This document shows, piece after piece, positions 42,930 to 44,099 of a stretch of 44,099 nt of DNA. How positions within the stretch are numbered: position 1 is the stretch's first letter; each line of letters begins with the position of its first letter. The stretch spans positions 1-44,099 of the forward strand of contig CAIQQL010000042.1 in the NCBI GenBank assembly GCA_903873955.1, in the 5' to 3' direction. Position numbers and translations under genes: made by a program. Source of the stretch: an uncultured archaeon. Lineage in GTDB: Archaea > Nanobdellota > Nanobdellia > Pacearchaeales > GW2011-AR1. The notes under the pieces are model-generated. The model did no database searches and had not been told where the DNA came from. It was given only the letters and a program-made list of their open reading frames with translations.

Positions 42930-43580
42930 TTATTTAGCCCGCAGGGTAAATTCAACCCGATTCGTCTCAGAACCTGGAAACCCAGCTAAATCTTTTGGTC
43001 TATAGGTGTAGAGATTTGTGCAGTTCAGGATAAATCCTCCCTTAAGTATTGCATAACGACCCTTAGATAGAGGAGGCGTCAATTCGCCGTTAATATTTAC
43101 CATTGTTGTTAATGCTGCTCCTCCAAAATAGACTATAGATGCATTCATACGCCAAGGTCCCAGAGCAATAACTCGGTTCTCCGCATCAGTCATATTTACA
43201 AATATAGAGAGGTTACTCGTGTCAAATAGAGTAACATTTCCAAGCACTGACCAGTTCCCCACTGTACGTTGATTATTTTGCGTAAGTAAGCTTATAACAT
43301 CAATTGTATTGTTCAGAAGAACCGTCGTATAAGCCATCTGTTTTGTCAGATTTGCTATAGCACTTGCACTACTCTGCGATTTCAAGTAGGTGATGTTCCA
43401 ACTTAAAGAATTAATCTTGGTGTCTATTTCAGCCGCGGTATACACAGGTGTGCCACCTTTGACTGAGGACACTGAGATGCTGTTACCCGTTAAATTAACA
43501 GTTGCAATACTGGAGATTACAGAAACTAGTAAAGAAATTACGATTACCGTAAATATACTAACCCCTTTATTTTCAACCAT
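42930..43580 (-). CDS. surface protein with a class III (type IV pilin-like) signal peptide, rich in N-glycosylation sequons
   Basis: N-terminal MVENKG/VSIFTVIVISLLVSVISSIA has a short charged leader ending in KG and then a hydrophobic helix. There are 10 N-x-S/T sequons in 216 aa. A strong SD GGAGGTG lies 5 nt upstream of the ATG. Confidence 0.55.
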   Translation of the reverse strand: MVENKGVSIFTVIVISLLVSVISSIATVNLTGNSISVSSVKGGTPVYTAAEIDTKINSLSWNITYLKSQSSASAIANLTKQMAYTTVLLNNTIDVISLLTQNNQRTVGNWSVLGNVTLFDTSNLSIFVNMTDAENRVIALGPWRMNASIVYFGGAALTTMVNINGELTPPLSKGRYAILKGGFILNCTNLYTYRPKDLAGFPGSETNRVEFTLRAK

Positions 43581-43673
43581 TTAACCACCTCCTTTCAAAC
43601 CTATTCCTTAGGAATGTATGGGAACTGAAATATTTAAGGGTTGTTGTATTCTTTGACCTGAAGGATACGCCAA

Positions 43674-44099
43674 TCAATGAGTCTGTCTCTTAGATCTTGA
43701 TTGCTGCCTGCCTTGTTTAGGAAGAAACTCTTTTCCAATGCTAAATCTGTTCTTCGACACTACCAATATCCATCTTGGATAATTATGATGATTTTGGGCC
43801 CCATGCCATCGATTGAAAAAATCAAGATAGCCCATCTTGAACTTCTTCCCATTCCAAGGATCGTTAAAAATGATATATTTAGATGTAAAACCGACAACGA
43901 CCGCATAGTGGCCGACATCAGATGAGGGTTCGATAAAATGCACTATCACCGGTAATCCTAAATTAATAAAATGTAAAATCTCATGTAAACTCGAGTTATC
44001 ATGGACATAGCAGTAAAAACCCTCTTTTCTTGCGACCTCAATCAGGAACTTATGAGACGTCCCATCAGGAGTTGTACGAGCCAGCTTTGCAATCGCCTC
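43674..44099 (-). CDS. peptidase C39-like (papain-fold) domain protein, C-terminal part (5' end outside the window)
   Basis: The minus-strand frame is open from 44099 (EAIAKLARTTPDGTSHKFLIEVARKEGFYCYVHDNSSLHEILHFINLGLPVIVHFIE...). GHYAVVVGFTSKYIIFNDPWNG matches the C39 His-block pattern gH.vVv.G......i.DP..G. The tracked GTG at 43949 is internal. Confidence 0.55.
   Translation of the reverse strand, partial: EAIAKLARTTPDGTSHKFLIEVARKEGFYCYVHDNSSLHEILHFINLGLPVIVHFIEPSSDVGHYAVVVGFTSKYIIFNDPWNGKKFKMGYLDFFNRWHGAQNHHNYPRWILVVSKNRFSIGKEFLPKQGRQQSRSKRQTH

Noticed and set aside
1-44099. Search for tRNA, rRNA, CRISPR repeats, transposase or integrase genes, and long direct or terminal repeats.
   Set aside because: No non-coding stretch exceeds about 236 bp. 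I saw no T-loop (GGTTCRAATCC-like) with matching acceptor stems, no regularly spaced repeats and no recombinase motifs. By-eye scanning cannot exclude short degenerate repeats.

Overview
The window is gene-dense (about 50 protein genes) and looks like archaeal chromosome. Supporting markers are prefoldin alpha, an aIF-2B-family protein, archaeal/eukaryal-type TrpRS, an archaeal-type CMP kinase, an Mtq2/HemK-like methylase, a SpoIIM/DUF95 membrane protein and a surface protein with a class III (pilin-type) signal peptide. The many small membrane proteins and compact operons are compatible with an uncultured, possibly DPANN-like lineage, but that cannot be established from the sequence alone. 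I found no rRNA, tRNA, CRISPR array, transposase or integrase. Content: (i) housekeeping genes (RNase J fragment, cysS, trpS-cmk-GTPase operon, dus, two paralogous DEAD-box helicases with RGG tails, msrB); (ii) a purine de novo block with unusual domain architecture (N-domain+PurL of 993 aa, a PurQ-PurM fusion, an extended PurN, and purD elsewhere); (iii) a tightly coupled ApbE / NOX-like flavocytochrome / Q,T-rich anchored protein cluster downstream of msrB; (iv) metal and redox membrane functions (ZIP, a PCP-motif P-type ATPase, DsbA-like, DedA). The accessory-looking loci below are the best candidates for something undescribed. (a) A translationally coupled operon of a SpoT/Mesh1-type HD hydrolase, a radical SAM enzyme and a kinase-fold protein, convergent with a CYTH-HIT pair (29.2-32.5 kb). 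(b) A previously untracked 53-aa ribbon-helix-helix ORF with its own TATA box and inverted repeat, upstream of a 729-aa HerA/FtsK-like ATPase with a long basic coiled-coil tail. Next to it are a sequon-rich pilin-like protein and a C39-like peptidase (40.3-44.1 kb). (c) The ApbE/NOX-like cluster. All functional calls rest on motifs read by eye. No database search was possible.
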